Shown piece by piece: positions 62,650 through 64,000 of a stretch of DNA of 64,000 bases. Position numbers and translations under genes: made by a program. Under the pieces are notes generated by a model. It searched no databases. It was not told where the DNA came from and saw nothing but the letters and a program-made list of their open reading frames with translations. Position 1 is the stretch's first letter. The number at the start of each line of letters is the position of its first letter. The DNA is from Octopus vulgaris. Taxonomy: Eukaryota. Where the stretch lies: NCBI GenBank assembly GCA_951406725.2, contig OX597827.1, positions 51,274,001-51,338,000 of the forward strand, given 5' to 3'.

Positions 62650-62971
62650 ATGGAGATGTACTTGCATAGCAAGTGATTTGATCTGAGATCGTGTGCTGAA
62701 ACAAAAACAATTGCATCGTGGAAGGTGTTTATAAGCCATTTAAGAAATACACAAAAGCCGTTCGATTCACTTCAACATTTAAGTTTAATTTGTCAAAATA
62801 TTTTCGTCGCTTTAAGACCGTGACCTGTTCAGCATGGATTTTTGTCAGTGAACAGGTCACGGTCTTAAAGTGACAAAAATATTTTGACAAATTAAACTTA
62901 AATGTTGAAGTGAATCGAATGGCTTTTGTGTGTTTCTTAAATGGCTTACAAACACCTTCCACACTGCAATT
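62650..62971. mobile_element. Fold-back element, probably Penelope-like pLTR pair (arms 62709-62831 / 62849-62971)
   Basis: ~120-bp inverted arms, each beginning with a hammerhead-like motif. Confidence 0.65.
62841..62891 (+). ncRNA. Hammerhead-like motif with G3-C8 core (this copy G12A; opposite arm keeps GAAA)
   Basis: UUUGUCA-GUGAACA-G-GUCAC(loop)GUGAC-AAAA-AUAU-UU-UGACAAA. Confidence 0.5.
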
Positions 62972-64000
62972 ATTTATGCATTGAACTTTTGAAAGTTTGG
63001 ATTCCATTCTCGGGATAGTTCCAACTGCAGTTTCTATAGCTTTTTCTAGATGATAATGGCTGACTCTATGAAGACTATCTTGATAAGAGTTGATTACTAA
63101 GCCTTAGTAGCCAGTGTAGCATATGCTATGGGTCATACATCTTCAAGGCATCTGTGCTAAATGTATGCAAACTGGCAATTCTGATTCCATAATTCTGCCC
63201 ATGTTGTATTTCATTTTTTTTCTTGAGCCCTAAGACTCATAAGGCTGGTTACCCTGTTTCCATGGCAATATATGTGACCAAAATCACAGCATTTTCCAGA
63301 ACAGAGCACTGGACTATTGCAGGACACAAGGCCAGCAATTTTTGAAGGGAGGGTGATCAGTCAAGTATATTGAGCCCAGTGCTCAACAGGTATTTTATTT
63401 TATCAACCTTGAATGGATGAATGGTAAAATTGACCTTGGTGGGGTTTGAATTCAGAATTTAGGTAACTGGAAGAAATGCCACAAGGCATTTTGTTCGATA
63501 TGCTAATGATTCTACCTGCTCTCCACCAATATGCTGTATTACTATAGAACTGTACTGTTTCCAACTTTTGTGAATGACTGGGTGTTTAAGGTTGATCCAA
63601 TACTTGGAATACTTCTGACATCCAATAAACTTTAAACAAATTGCAACAATTGAATGGCATTGGTAAATAAACAGATATACTTAATTTTCGTTGATTGCTA
63701 ATTAATATGCTTGCCATTCTATTTCTCTTTTAGATTCATACAATAATTTAATTAGGTTTAATTATTATTATCATACAAAAATTGAAATTAATTATTTTTT
63801 CATAAATAAAATCTGTTTAATAAATCATGTTTACATTTGTATATTATAGACTCTGTAATGCTAGCCATTCATTTAAAATTAGATTGAGATTATTAAATGA
63901 GTCAGAAACATTCTATTGTGTGCAGTTTCTATTTTAACATTATGTTGTTCTATAAGGCTATAGCACAAATAACAAGTTTAAATTAAAATAATCACATTTT

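Overview
AT-rich, repeat-dense eukaryotic DNA. The SINE/RTE repertoire, the microsatellite load and the tandem C2H2 zinc-finger genes suggest a coleoid cephalopod, probably Octopus; this is an inference and no search was run. Two same-strand paralogous C2H2-ZNF genes are present (21573-23123 and 52158-53639). Each has its CDS in one exon, preceded by a splice acceptor and candidate distant 5' exons. The rest is mostly transposon debris: CR1, RTE, R4/Dong and jockey-group LINEs, Gypsy LTR relics, Tc1/mariner, hAT and TTAA MITEs, a Helitron and three tRNA-SINE families. The most unusual signal is a set of fold-back elements carrying minimal type-I hammerhead-ribozyme motifs of the Penelope-like (PLE) kind. 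One is a tRNA-headed SINE-like unit with a hammerhead tail (11220-11583). Another has an apparent compensatory G3-C8 catalytic-core variant (62650-62971). All alignments were done by eye and repeat boundaries are approximate.
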